DNA of 64,000 nt from a virus. Taxonomy: Duplodnaviria; Caudoviricetes. Each line of letters opens with the position of its first letter. Within the stretch, counting starts at the first letter, position 1. A program made the position numbers and the translations under genes. The DNA is taken from the IMG/VR virus record IMGVR_UViG_3300025410_000009, one strand, 5' to 3'. The notes under the pieces were generated by a model that was not told the origin of the DNA, searched no databases, and worked only from the letters and a program-made list of their open reading frames with translations. Shown here piece by piece: positions 10,368 to 19,331 of this stretch.

Positions 10368-10988
10368 TTATAGCATACTGGGATCACTTAATGCAAGTTG
10401 TTCGAACCCCCAATGCCGTTCGCGACATCCATTACAGGTGTTGCATCTAGTGATTTCGTATTTTTCACAGGCGTGTGTGATATAAAACAGTGCCTGTTGA
10501 TTGTTCTTTATGACCAAATCAAGCACATGTGGTTTTTGCAAATTTCTAATAGGTGTTCTATAAAAATTATTTTCGGGTGCTGTGGGCTTTTCATAACCCA
10601 GCGTGTGTTCATCTAGTTGTTCTATAATACCAACATAGGCCTGCTGGAATCCCAAAGTATACAATTGTTGCACTGCAGACTTGACTTGTTGTCCTTCAGG
10701 CAGTTCAGGATTGCCCACAATTAACGGAGCCACATACGGGCGATTGAAGCTTGCTGCCATATGCCCCACTACCAATTTGGCAAAGTGTTTGCTGCCATCT
10801 TTACGCGATACCGATGCTGGTACAATTTCGTGCAGGTTGCCCATGTCCTGATTGGCCAACATCAACATATAATACAGTATGGCACTGTCGATACCACCAC
10901 TGATGCACACAGCAATGCGAGATTTAGTTGGGGGTAATTCGAATTTTAAAGTCCGCACATCGTGTGCAGGACCACAATCAATTTGCAT
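10368..10988 (-). CDS. QueC-like PP-loop ATPase (7-cyano-7-deazaguanine synthase-like)
   Basis: ISGGIDSAIL PP-loop; C-terminal HAC-x7-CNTCNGCRER Zn-binding motif. Confidence 0.7.
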   Translation of the reverse strand: MQIDCGPAHDVRTLKFELPPTKSRIAVCISGGIDSAILYYMLMLANQDMGNLHEIVPASVSRKDGSKHFAKLVVGHMAASFNRPYVAPLIVGNPELPEGQQVKSAVQQLYTLGFQQAYVGIIEQLDEHTLGYEKPTAPENNFYRTPIRNLQKPHVLDLVIKNNQQALFYITHACEKYEITRCNTCNGCRERHWGFEQLALSDPSML

Positions 10989-11361
10989 GTTTATTTAGAT
11001 AATCGTTTACTGCGGCTTTTATAGCATCTTCTGCAAGAATCGAACAATGTATTTTAACCGGTGGGAGGGCAAGTTCTTCAGCAATACTTGAATTAGTAAT
11101 CGCTCGTGCTTGGTCAAGCGTCCTTCCCTTGACCCATTCGGTGACGAGACTTGAGCTTGCGATCGCGCTTCCACATCCGTACGTTTTGAATTTGGCATCG
11201 GTTATTACCCCCTCAGTGTTTACTTTGATCTGAAGTCGCATGACATCTCCACATGCTGGTGCTCCCACTATGCCAGTACCAACATCAGTATCGTCTTTAG
11301 AGAAGGAACCCACGTTGCGTGGGTTCTCATAATGATCAATGACTTTGTCACTGTAAGCCAT
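10978..11361 (-). CDS. iscU: Fe-S cluster scaffold protein IscU
   Basis: YSDKVIDHYENPRNVG, APACGDVM, FKTYGCGSAIASSS, LPPVKIHCSILAEDA. Confidence 0.97.
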   Translation of the reverse strand: MAYSDKVIDHYENPRNVGSFSKDDTDVGTGIVGAPACGDVMRLQIKVNTEGVITDAKFKTYGCGSAIASSSLVTEWVKGRTLDQARAITNSSIAEELALPPVKIHCSILAEDAIKAAVNDYLNKHAN

Positions 11362-11777
11362 TACGACCTCTTGTTCAGTGCTCGCTTGGCCATAGAGGTA
11401 ATAGTTTTTTCAGGGTTGTTAATATTGCCACCTGCGGTGTCTAATGTGGTGTCATCGGGGTCATCTGAGAACGTGGTCAAATACACATACTTGACGCCAT
11501 CCTTGTTGTCCTTGATGTCTTTGATTAGATTTTTGATAGTGTCGTTGGTTTTATATGCCTCTAACAAACTATCCACGGTGAACATTTCTGTCCCTGGCAT
11601 ACCTCTAATAATGTTGATCAATGAATCAACACGAATCATTGGTACATCGTGTACGTCATGACTTTGATTTCTTAATGATTCCAATGCAGTGGCTAAATTG
11701 CCGTCACCACGTACATCGGCTTCATCTTCGATTGCGTCACTGATTGGTGACTCAGATAAAAATTCGTGTGCTCTCAT
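11361..11777 (-). CDS. Hypothetical acidic protein, putative internal head protein
   Basis: N-terminus MRAHEFLSES resembles a T4 capsid-targeting sequence. Confidence 0.55.
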   Translation of the reverse strand: MRAHEFLSESPISDAIEDEADVRGDGNLATALESLRNQSHDVHDVPMIRVDSLINIIRGMPGTEMFTVDSLLEAYKTNDTIKNLIKDIKDNKDGVKYVYLTTFSDDPDDTTLDTAGGNINNPEKTITSMAKRALNKRS

Positions 11778-12460
11778 TAGCGTGGCTCACGTCCCATTGC
11801 ATCAGGTCCACCTGCGGCTGCATCAGTGGCACCAAAGTCGTCGCCTTGATCTAGATCGCTCTCGGGACCTAGTTCAGGACCGCTTGGCATGGGTTGTCCT
11901 TGAGGCTGTGCTGGCATAGCCATTCCTGTGGGAGCCATTTGCTCACCAGCCAATTGGCGTGCTGCACCGTCAGCTTGTTCACGTGCTTGTGTCATGCTGT
12001 CCAACATGCCGGCCAACAATTGACCCACGCTGTTCTTAAATGCATCTGCTTGTTCGTTACCAATCTGATCACGAATGATGTCAATCAAGGCTGGCATTTG
12101 TTCCACTTGCATCTTGCTGACTTTTTCCAACATGTCTTGGATACTGTCAACCATGTCTTTAGCGGCTAGGATAGCTTCGCTTTTGCCCATCTCGCCTTCG
12201 TTGAGTTGGCGGTGTTCGGCAATCCAACGGCCCAATGCTTCACGGATCATTAACAGTTCCATGTACTTGGGGTTGGTTTCTGTTTTGTGTGTACCGTATG
12301 TGTTACGGATAAGGTTAATGTTTTCTGCAATGCTACGATTTAGACGACTGGCTTTTTCAAATGTCAATTTGCTAAAGTCAATGCTGAAGCCAAAACGGCT
12401 TTCCATTACACGATTCATTTTTTTGGTAGAAGATTGCGGATTTAATTCTTTAAGATTCAT
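11777..12460 (-). CDS. Hypothetical helical protein, possible prohead core/scaffold
   Basis: Coiled-coil character, acidic low-complexity tail, LNE putative cleavage site. Confidence 0.5.
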   Translation of the reverse strand: MNLKELNPQSSTKKMNRVMESRFGFSIDFSKLTFEKASRLNRSIAENINLIRNTYGTHKTETNPKYMELLMIREALGRWIAEHRQLNEGEMGKSEAILAAKDMVDSIQDMLEKVSKMQVEQMPALIDIIRDQIGNEQADAFKNSVGQLLAGMLDSMTQAREQADGAARQLAGEQMAPTGMAMPAQPQGQPMPSGPELGPESDLDQGDDFGATDAAAGGPDAMGREPR

Positions 12461-13029
12461 GGCTTAACGTCCCATATTTTAAAGTATTTAGTTAAATTCA
12501 AAGTTTTTTGTAATTGATTTTTTGCGTCCTCGATATCCATGGACATGTTCTCTACTAGTATGCTAAACAAATCTATTCTCCAGTAATCTTTCTTTTTACG
12601 TGCACCACTCAAGTTATGTTTGAGGGTGACCAGTTTGTTCTGTAATTCATTGTACCTGGTGTCTCTAGCCAGTATTTCGTCAGCTAGTGGTACTCGTCCC
12701 GATTGGTTGCATACTGCATACGCCACTGCACTCAGCTGACTACTGAAGAATTTAGAACTGTAACGATTGTATTCGACCAGTTCCCAGTCGCCACCGGTGG
12801 CAGGTTTGACCACCAGCTTGCCAATCAACAGCATGTTTTTACCAATTGGTATGCATGCTGTGGGTGGATTCGCTGATTCCACCAAGTTGTTGATTTGTTT
12901 GAGCTTCCACTGTTTGACGTAATTGGCTGCAAGATCCACAGCCTGTGTTACTTCGGCCAGTTGCTGTTTTTGCTCAGGGGTGCCAAAATATTTAATCTTT
13001 GATTTTTTTTGAGTACGAGATTTGGCCAT
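12457..13029 (-). CDS. Hypothetical protein
   Basis: 190-aa ORF in an overlapping gene chain. Confidence 0.55.
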   Translation of the reverse strand: MAKSRTQKKSKIKYFGTPEQKQQLAEVTQAVDLAANYVKQWKLKQINNLVESANPPTACIPIGKNMLLIGKLVVKPATGGDWELVEYNRYSSKFFSSQLSAVAYAVCNQSGRVPLADEILARDTRYNELQNKLVTLKHNLSGARKKKDYWRIDLFSILVENMSMDIEDAKNQLQKTLNLTKYFKIWDVKP

Positions 13030-13201
13030 CTTGATTTTTTCGTAGCAGCACGTCTTTGTTTACTAGTTGATTAGCGACCTGCTGCTGCCTTTCATTGAAT
13101 TTGTTTTTTGGTACTGGCTCGTCGCCAATTTGATGCAAGACGTCGGCTTCCTCGTTGGTGATGGGAAGAATAACGTTATTGAATAACTCTACTATTTTCA
13201 T
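12992..13201 (-). CDS. Hypothetical small protein
   Basis: MKIVELF start; start overlaps the upstream stop. Confidence 0.55.
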   Translation of the reverse strand: MKIVELFNNVILPITNEEADVLHQIGDEPVPKNKFNERQQQVANQLVNKDVLLRKNQDGQISYSKKIKD

Positions 13202-13455
13202 TTAGATGCTAGGTGAACGGTTAATGTTATGATGCCAGTGATCAATACACTAACAATGGCTGTACCTATTGCAATAATTTGTTTGCTGGACTTGTCGTTA
13301 GCACCAGCCAAGCCTTCCTTAATGGACACAATGTGACCTTCAAGTTTTATTACAGTTTCAGTCAATTGTTGTAGTTTATTGTCTAAGGCATTGTATCTTT
13401 CTGCACACAATTCCACATGGGCCTCCAGGCTCTTTTTTTCAATATCGGTAGACAT
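13198..13455 (-). CDS. Coiled-coil protein with C-terminal TM segment
   Basis: Heptad pattern followed by IIAIGTAIVSVLITGIITLTV. Confidence 0.65.
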   Translation of the reverse strand: MSTDIEKKSLEAHVELCAERYNALDNKLQQLTETVIKLEGHIVSIKEGLAGANDKSSKQIIAIGTAIVSVLITGIITLTVHLASK

Positions 13456-13559
13456 ATCATTCTTTCGTTGGTTAACCTATGCCGTATAGTAGTGAGCCTA
13501 AGGGTAGCCATGATATGAGCCATAATGGAAATGTGCCTATCGTGCACGATTTTTTATAT

Positions 13560-13994
13560 TTACTTATTTGGGAAAGAAATGAAATGTATATTTTTAATGG
13601 CACCATGTGGATGAAACACTGGTAGCATAAAGCGAGCAGTCTCATCAAGTCCAGTAATAATGGGTATATTTTCAAAGTCCAACAACAATCCACCAATGGC
13701 TTCTTTGCCCACAGTGAATACACTGGGATGATCTACTCTAAATTCCCATATCCATACAGCATGTTCTCCAGTGTACATGTCGCCAAACAGGTCTGACACG
13801 TCCATAAAAACTTGCTCGGGGCCTTGTATCACATGCGGTTGTGTACGCAGTCCCATTAATTGCTTGACTGTTTCCCAATTTCGTTGTTGGTTGCGCTCGT
13901 ATTCATTGCCGTGTGTTGCTCTAGTCACCCCAGTGGCAGTGATATCGACTAATGTAAATCCTACTATACGATCAATTTCTTGTTGCGCGGTCAT
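13560..13994 (-). CDS. Hypothetical protein
   Basis: Start moved to MTAQQE, 5 nt after TAAATA; the longer track ORF runs into a terminator. Confidence 0.6.
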   Translation of the reverse strand: MTAQQEIDRIVGFTLVDITATGVTRATHGNEYERNQQRNWETVKQLMGLRTQPHVIQGPEQVFMDVSDLFGDMYTGEHAVWIWEFRVDHPSVFTVGKEAIGGLLLDFENIPIITGLDETARFMLPVFHPHGAIKNIHFISFPNK

Positions 13995-14016
13995 GCAAAT
14001 ATTTATAGGATAAGAG

Positions 14017-14041
14017 AAAGGGCAGAATGAATCTGCCCTTT
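14017..14041 (-). terminator. Intrinsic terminator hairpin
   Basis: AAAGGGCAGA-loop-TCTGCCCTTT 10-bp inverted repeat just after the stop at 14061. Confidence 0.8.
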
Positions 14042-14060
14042 TCATTAGAACAAGTTCTAA

Positions 14061-14444
14061 TTAGCTTTTTAGGCCAACTGCAGTAACAGTGGTAGAACTT
14101 AGGTCAGCACCGTTAACAGTACCTAGAGCTTGAACTGCTGTTTGTAGGTCAGCAGCAGAGAAGCCAGTAGCTTCAACGACAACACGCAATTCGCCGCTGT
14201 TGTCGTTCTCAACTTGATAAGCAACGATTGTGCTTTGTGTAGAGATAGTGCGTAGCAAAGCTTCAACAGCGCCACCAACACCAGTTTGACCGCTGATGTC
14301 AACGGAACCTGTGTCTAGTTTGAAAATGCTGATGTGTTTGCCGATACCGGTAGAAACGATAGAACCAATGCCGCCACCGTGGATGCCGGTGTCAACGTGT
14401 ACAACGCCGTTTGCGTCGCCATTTGTGCGTGTAAAAATTGCCAT
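14061..14444 (-). CDS. Small virion structural protein (head decoration-like)
   Basis: Own TAAATA promoter (14488-14493), strong AAAGGA RBS, own terminator; G/T/V-rich. Confidence 0.55.
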   Translation of the reverse strand: MAIFTRTNGDANGVVHVDTGIHGGGIGSIVSTGIGKHISIFKLDTGSVDISGQTGVGGAVEALLRTISTQSTIVAYQVENDNSGELRVVVEATGFSAADLQTAVQALGTVNGADLSSTTVTAVGLKS

Positions 14445-14490
14445 TTTAGTTTTCCTTTAAAAAATTTACGCTGTATGCGTATGTAAATAT

Positions 14491-15777
14491 TTATGATTCG
14501 GGAGCAATATTTGATCGTTTCCAGTCTTGTTTGCCGGCAAAATTTTGTCTGCTAAACTCTAGACGATCTACCAGTTTGATTGCCCCACCATCATGCCCAA
14601 TGGCTACAAATCCTTCAGGATTCATAACTTGATATCCAGTGTCAGTTTTAACAAACGTTCCCACCAGACTCTCAACTTGTTGCAGTTTACGCAATATAGC
14701 TAGCTTTAATGATATGACCTTGGTATAGATAGCCATCACACCCAGTAGGGTATTGCTGTTATCGGCCATAAAGCGTTCCTGTTGTTGTATTTTTTCAATG
14801 CGGGCTTGAGCTGCTCGGCTCTCGGGCCCACCTTTCAATTTGGCAATTTCTGCATTTTGTTTTTTAGTGTACTCTTCAAAGAATCTTTTCAAGAAAGCAA
14901 TAGGCTCGCCCACCTGTTCGCCGGCACGTATGTTATTGTTAATGAAGGGTTTGATATACTGTGCAAACTCAGCATTGTGAATAATGACATCAAAATTGTT
15001 TTGTGGTATCTTGGCCAAGGTGGCACGACCAGCTTCGATGTTTTTGCTTAATGCTCGGTTTTCACCGGTGGTAAGAGTAGCACGACCTGTCAAGTCTTTG
15101 TAAGTGGCATCATCGACCCAGACATCACGAGTCGAGTTTAGGCCAGCCACACTGGCACCAAAGCTGGCCTTCATTTCAGGCAAGCTGGGACCTTCATAGG
15201 CGGTATGGAATATAATGCCCATCTTGGCTGCACCAATAGCAGCACCCAAACGACTTTCAACTGGCACAGCATAACTGATGGTGTTGGGAGTAAACACATA
15301 ACATTTGTCTCCACCAACTTGGTCAACACCTAGGTCATCATGCGTAAACATCATGTCACCCTGTAGCACATTGCCAATGCCCAACTTGGGCAGATACTTG
15401 AATGCAATACGCAACTTGGCAGCTAGGCCAGGTTGTGCACTATAATAGGTGTCAATGTCTCGTGCGCTTTTTATCAGTTTGGCATCCTTGGCAAACACAC
15501 TCTTGGTACCAATAAAGAATTTGCCATCAGCTGGATCGATGCCGCATATGATTGCTGGAGCACCATCCCACTTGGTTGTGACCTTGGCTGCTGGGCTACC
15601 AGTGCCGGGACTCAGCATGGCTCTTAGACTGTCAAGGTAATTAAATGCCTTGGCAGCGCCAGCATAACCTTGATTGAATATTTCATCTTCAAGATGCTCA
15701 AGGTGAACGTTCTTGCCTTCTTTGCTTTCAAGCAAGAGCCATGGTGCTGGCTGATTACGAATTTCAAATAATTTCAT
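14491..15777 (-). CDS. Ligase-superfamily nucleotidyltransferase-like protein (DUF6267-like)
   Basis: TTKWDGAP (motif I KxDG), LQGDMMF, NPEGFVAI, AIKLVDR. Confidence 0.6.
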   Translation of the reverse strand: MKLFEIRNQPAPWLLLESKEGKNVHLEHLEDEIFNQGYAGAAKAFNYLDSLRAMLSPGTGSPAAKVTTKWDGAPAIICGIDPADGKFFIGTKSVFAKDAKLIKSARDIDTYYSAQPGLAAKLRIAFKYLPKLGIGNVLQGDMMFTHDDLGVDQVGGDKCYVFTPNTISYAVPVESRLGAAIGAAKMGIIFHTAYEGPSLPEMKASFGASVAGLNSTRDVWVDDATYKDLTGRATLTTGENRALSKNIEAGRATLAKIPQNNFDVIIHNAEFAQYIKPFINNNIRAGEQVGEPIAFLKRFFEEYTKKQNAEIAKLKGGPESRAAQARIEKIQQQERFMADNSNTLLGVMAIYTKVISLKLAILRKLQQVESLVGTFVKTDTGYQVMNPEGFVAIGHDGGAIKLVDRLEFSRQNFAGKQDWKRSNIAPES

Positions 15778-15779
15778 TG

Positions 15780-16526
15780 TTAGACTTTCCTCTTACGTGC
15801 TAGGTCTAGCAATCGTTTAGATTCACGAATCATGCGATTCAAATGTGCCAATTTGCGTTCAACCTGCAGGTTGCGTTTGGCATCGGCTGCACTGATGAAT
15901 TTTTTACCGCCAACTGTTTGAATGTTGTTGTATCTATCGGCTGTGGGGTTTGGCTGTTGTAACGGTCCGCCGGCAACAAACCACTCTTTGCCAGGATCGC
16001 CAGTATACTGCAATACAGTTTGTCCAGCTTGCACAATGTCACCACGTTTTCTGGCTGGTGCTGCAGGTGCAGCCGCTGGTTTTGGTGCTGAAGGTGCAGC
16101 CGCTGGTTCTGGTGCTGCAGGTGCAGCCGCTGGTTCTGGTGCTGGTGCTGCAACAGGAGCATCGTCCTCGGCATCACTGTATTTTTGAGCGTAAGCTGCT
16201 GCAAGATAATTTAATGTGTCGTCGTTGTTGTTTAAATCACCGGCAAATTTAGGTAGGTTGGTAACTTTAAAAAAGTTTGTGGCCCAGCGGTAAAATCTGT
16301 TTGCATCAGGTTGAATGCCTCGTAACTTGTCGCCAGTTGATTGGCGTTGCCAATACGGTAACGCTCGCTTGGCCATGTCTTTAAATTCTGACTCAGCATT
16401 GTTATCTATAGGATTACCAGTGTTATCGGGCTCGTAGGGTCTAGCTTGGTATTGGGATTGGGGATTAAAGAATTCTTTTGCACGATCCCACCAACCACCA
16501 GCTTCATGTATTTCTGAAAATCTCAT
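15780..16526 (-). CDS. Hypothetical protein with Ala/Pro-rich linker, putative internal protein
   Basis: MRFSEIHEA N-terminus; PAAAPAAPE repeats. Confidence 0.6.
   Translation of the reverse strand: MRFSEIHEAGGWWDRAKEFFNPQSQYQARPYEPDNTGNPIDNNAESEFKDMAKRALPYWQRQSTGDKLRGIQPDANRFYRWATNFFKVTNLPKFAGDLNNNDDTLNYLAAAYAQKYSDAEDDAPVAAPAPEPAAAPAAPEPAAAPSAPKPAAAPAAPARKRGDIVQAGQTVLQYTGDPGKEWFVAGGPLQQPNPTADRYNNIQTVGGKKFISAADAKRNLQVERKLAHLNRMIRESKRLLDLARKRKV
16057..16137. repeat. Three tandem 27-bp repeats encoding an Ala/Pro linker
   Basis: ggtgctg(c/a)aggtgcagccgctggtt(t/c)t x3. Confidence 0.85.
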
Positions 16527-16762
16527 TTTATTTTCCTAATTCCTCTGGTGAATTTTGCGGTGTCTTGTGACTTGATGCTGTTTAACAGTCTACGCTCAAG
16601 TTCAAGAGCAGTGGCTGAATCATAGCTTTCTTTAAAGTAGTTGATGAGATTTATAGCACCTTGTATGACATGGCTGGCACGACTTTCGATCAGCTGCTCT
16701 TTGTCACGTGTAGTGGGCAATGTATCTAGTTCATCAAGAATACTACGGGTCTTTTTTTGCAA
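16523..16762 (-). CDS. Hypothetical protein
   Basis: 79-aa ORF overlapping the next start. Confidence 0.6.
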   Translation of the reverse strand: MQKKTRSILDELDTLPTTRDKEQLIESRASHVIQGAINLINYFKESYDSATALELERRLLNSIKSQDTAKFTRGIRKIK

Positions 16763-16816
16763 AATTCTCTCCGGGGTTTGATTATTTATTGGAATTTTTA
16801 AAAAAGGATTTTCAAA

Positions 16817-18205
16817 TCAAACATCGGTGGTGTTACGCAAACTGGACTTTCTGTCGGCCAGTATTTTCTTGATATCTATGCTTTCAGACTTGGCTGTGAT
16901 CTTGCCTGCAGTGGGTGCTGGCGAGTTTTTAATTTGATTCATGATATCGCTGGCCTTGGTGGTAGTGGGTTCTGCAGTCTCACCTGAGTCAGTGATACGC
17001 ATGGTCTCGATGTTGTACTCTAAATCAATCTTTTGGCCAACACCGGTACTGCTACGCGATTTCATACATTGTATCTGATACTTGCCACGTTCACGCATGG
17101 CTCTGCTGGTAAAAATACCAAACACATTATCTGCTGTGTTAATCTTACTGATACCGCCTGCAATATGGCTATGGTCAAACTCGGGTTCGTCGACAGCACT
17201 ACGATTCAGCTGACTGGCAGTGACTAGCAGTATGCCCATCTCCTTGGCCAAGTTACGTAGTTCTTCAGCCACGTACTTGTCCTTGATAAACTGATCGTTG
17301 GGGTTGACTTTGACGCTGACCGGCATCACCAAGTCAAGATAGTCAACCATGACAAAGTCAATGCCAATACCGGTCTGTATTTGTACTTCTTTCAAGTAAG
17401 CACGTATGTCATTGACTGTGCTCTGTGCCGGCATGCCTTTGACACGATACTTACCAAACTTTTTGCTGTGCATGGAAACCTTGAGTGCAGTGGTGTCAAT
17501 GTCTTTGCGAATCTCTTTTGTGCCGGTATTGGTCAACATGGCATCGGTTCTCAAACTGGTCAGTTCCTCGCTCAACTCTAGTGATATGTAAACGCCACTC
17601 ATGCCCACCTGTAGCCAATTCAAAGCCATGTTCATCATGACAAGAGATTTACCTGATCCTGATCCACCAGCAAAGATATTCAGCTCGCCTCGGCTCATGC
17701 CACCATACAAGATACGATCCATTTGCGGCCAACCTGTGCTGACTTGACCACCATTGTTGAAGTATCGGTTGATACGTGCGGCTGGATCCGCAAAGTAGTC
17801 AGTGCCCATGTCTTTGGTCAAACTGATTTGCACCGCATCCTTGATCAACTTTTCAACTGGATCAAAGTCGCCAGCTTCCAACAAATCTGCTGCCTTAAGG
17901 ATAGCACGTTCAAGTTCTTGCCTGCGACTAAATGCTTCAAACTCGTCTAAGAACCAATCGCTGTGCCCTTCATTGAGTTCAGGTACTGGTTTTAATTCAA
18001 TTCCACACACAGCTTGTACTTGCTCTCTAGTGGGCAAGGTCTTGTGTGCTGTGGCATGCTCTTGAAAGAACGCGGCAGCGGATCTTAGACCACGATCAAA
18101 ATTTTCAGGATTGTAAATGTTCTGCACTCGAATAAAAGTGCTGGCATCATTCAGCATGATCTCCAAAAACAACTTTTGTAGATCTGCGCTGTATTCCTTA
18201 GACAT
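16817..18205 (-). CDS. 41: Replicative DnaB-like helicase (T4 gp41-like)
   Basis: RGELNIFAGGSGSGKS, ISLELSE, VMVDYLDL, TASQLNR, CMKSRSS. Confidence 0.92.
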   Translation of the reverse strand: MSKEYSADLQKLFLEIMLNDASTFIRVQNIYNPENFDRGLRSAAAFFQEHATAHKTLPTREQVQAVCGIELKPVPELNEGHSDWFLDEFEAFSRRQELERAILKAADLLEAGDFDPVEKLIKDAVQISLTKDMGTDYFADPAARINRYFNNGGQVSTGWPQMDRILYGGMSRGELNIFAGGSGSGKSLVMMNMALNWLQVGMSGVYISLELSEELTSLRTDAMLTNTGTKEIRKDIDTTALKVSMHSKKFGKYRVKGMPAQSTVNDIRAYLKEVQIQTGIGIDFVMVDYLDLVMPVSVKVNPNDQFIKDKYVAEELRNLAKEMGILLVTASQLNRSAVDEPEFDHSHIAGGISKINTADNVFGIFTSRAMRERGKYQIQCMKSRSSTGVGQKIDLEYNIETMRITDSGETAEPTTTKASDIMNQIKNSPAPTAGKITAKSESIDIKKILADRKSSLRNTTDV

Positions 18206-19262
18206 ATTTCTTCTTTCTTAATTCAATTTTTAATCTACTGGTTTCCACTGAATCTAATATGGTACGTAACACAAACAATTTACCATATTTGACCACAGCT
18301 TCATTTATATCTTTGCAGGTCTCGCTCCAGACTGGAAAGCTGACACTCCAGCCGTATTCAACAGCATGGTCGATCAAGGCAGCTCCGGCCCACCGCCGCC
18401 GTCCAGTACGCTCATCTACCTTGACATCAAAGTCCGGCACCACAATGACTTCACGTGCCAGATTGTCAATCAAGTTGGCCTGCCGTTCACTGCACTCACT
18501 GCCTTGTACCGATACACCATCAATGCTCATGGCATCAAACGGTCCTTCGCATACTATGACAAATTTGGCACCCGGCTGTTGTTGGTCTAGGTTAAACACA
18601 AAGTCAGGTTCATGCTCGGTGTAATACTTGGGCTTGACAGTATCCACAATTGCTCGAGCACTATATCCTATGGTGTCGCCGCGCCACACAAAAGGTATTA
18701 TGACTCTATGTGATAATTTATGCTCATGGTGCGGAGTCCATAAAAATTCATATCGTTGCATGTCAATTTTGCGATCACTGACATACTTGACTGCTTCAAC
18801 AAACTGTAGGGGATAGTCGACACGATTGGCCAATTCATAAAACTCTACCATGCCGTTAAAACTGGTTGCCTCAGGTGGCAGAGGTCGTGCCTGATATGTG
18901 ATGTTTTCTTCAACAGCAGCTACGGGTTCGGGATTGGTTAGCTCGTAAAATTCTTTTACTCGAATCGACTCAATCACCAGCTGGCGTATGTCGTTTTCGC
19001 TGGCACCCAACCAACTCAACAATTTTCTAAATTTATAGCTGAGTGGTCGTCCGGGTTGGTAACTGGTCTTGTAGTTGCAGTTGAAACAGTGATAGCTGAC
19101 ACCATCCCCGTTTTGTATGATACCGCCACGATTTCTAGTGTCTGCACTTTCACCACGATGATGGCAGCAGGGTGCATTAAAGCTGACCCAACCTTTGCTG
19201 GTAGATTTACGGCGTGCCGGCAAAATACCATTTATAAAGGTCACTAGAAAGTCAGAATTCAT
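18198..19262 (-). CDS. 61: DNA primase (T4 gp61-like)
   Basis: Zn finger PCCHH...HCFNC; TOPRIM VCEGPFDAMSI, VPDFD; KDINEA. Confidence 0.88.
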   Translation of the reverse strand: MNSDFLVTFINGILPARRKSTSKGWVSFNAPCCHHRGESADTRNRGGIIQNGDGVSYHCFNCNYKTSYQPGRPLSYKFRKLLSWLGASENDIRQLVIESIRVKEFYELTNPEPVAAVEENITYQARPLPPEATSFNGMVEFYELANRVDYPLQFVEAVKYVSDRKIDMQRYEFLWTPHHEHKLSHRVIIPFVWRGDTIGYSARAIVDTVKPKYYTEHEPDFVFNLDQQQPGAKFVIVCEGPFDAMSIDGVSVQGSECSERQANLIDNLAREVIVVPDFDVKVDERTGRRRWAGAALIDHAVEYGWSVSFPVWSETCKDINEAVVKYGKLFVLRTILDSVETSRLKIELRKKKYV

Positions 19263-19268
19263 CTAACA

Positions 19269-19297
19269 AGTATACTATACACACCGCACAAAGTCAA
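19269..19297 (-). promoter_or_regulatory. Sigma70-type promoter for primase/helicase
   Basis: TTGACT-17 nt-TATACT, ending 6 nt before the ATG. Confidence 0.75.
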
Positions 19298-19331
19298 ATT
19301 GAACGGTGTTTTAATTATGGGTTTTATTGCC

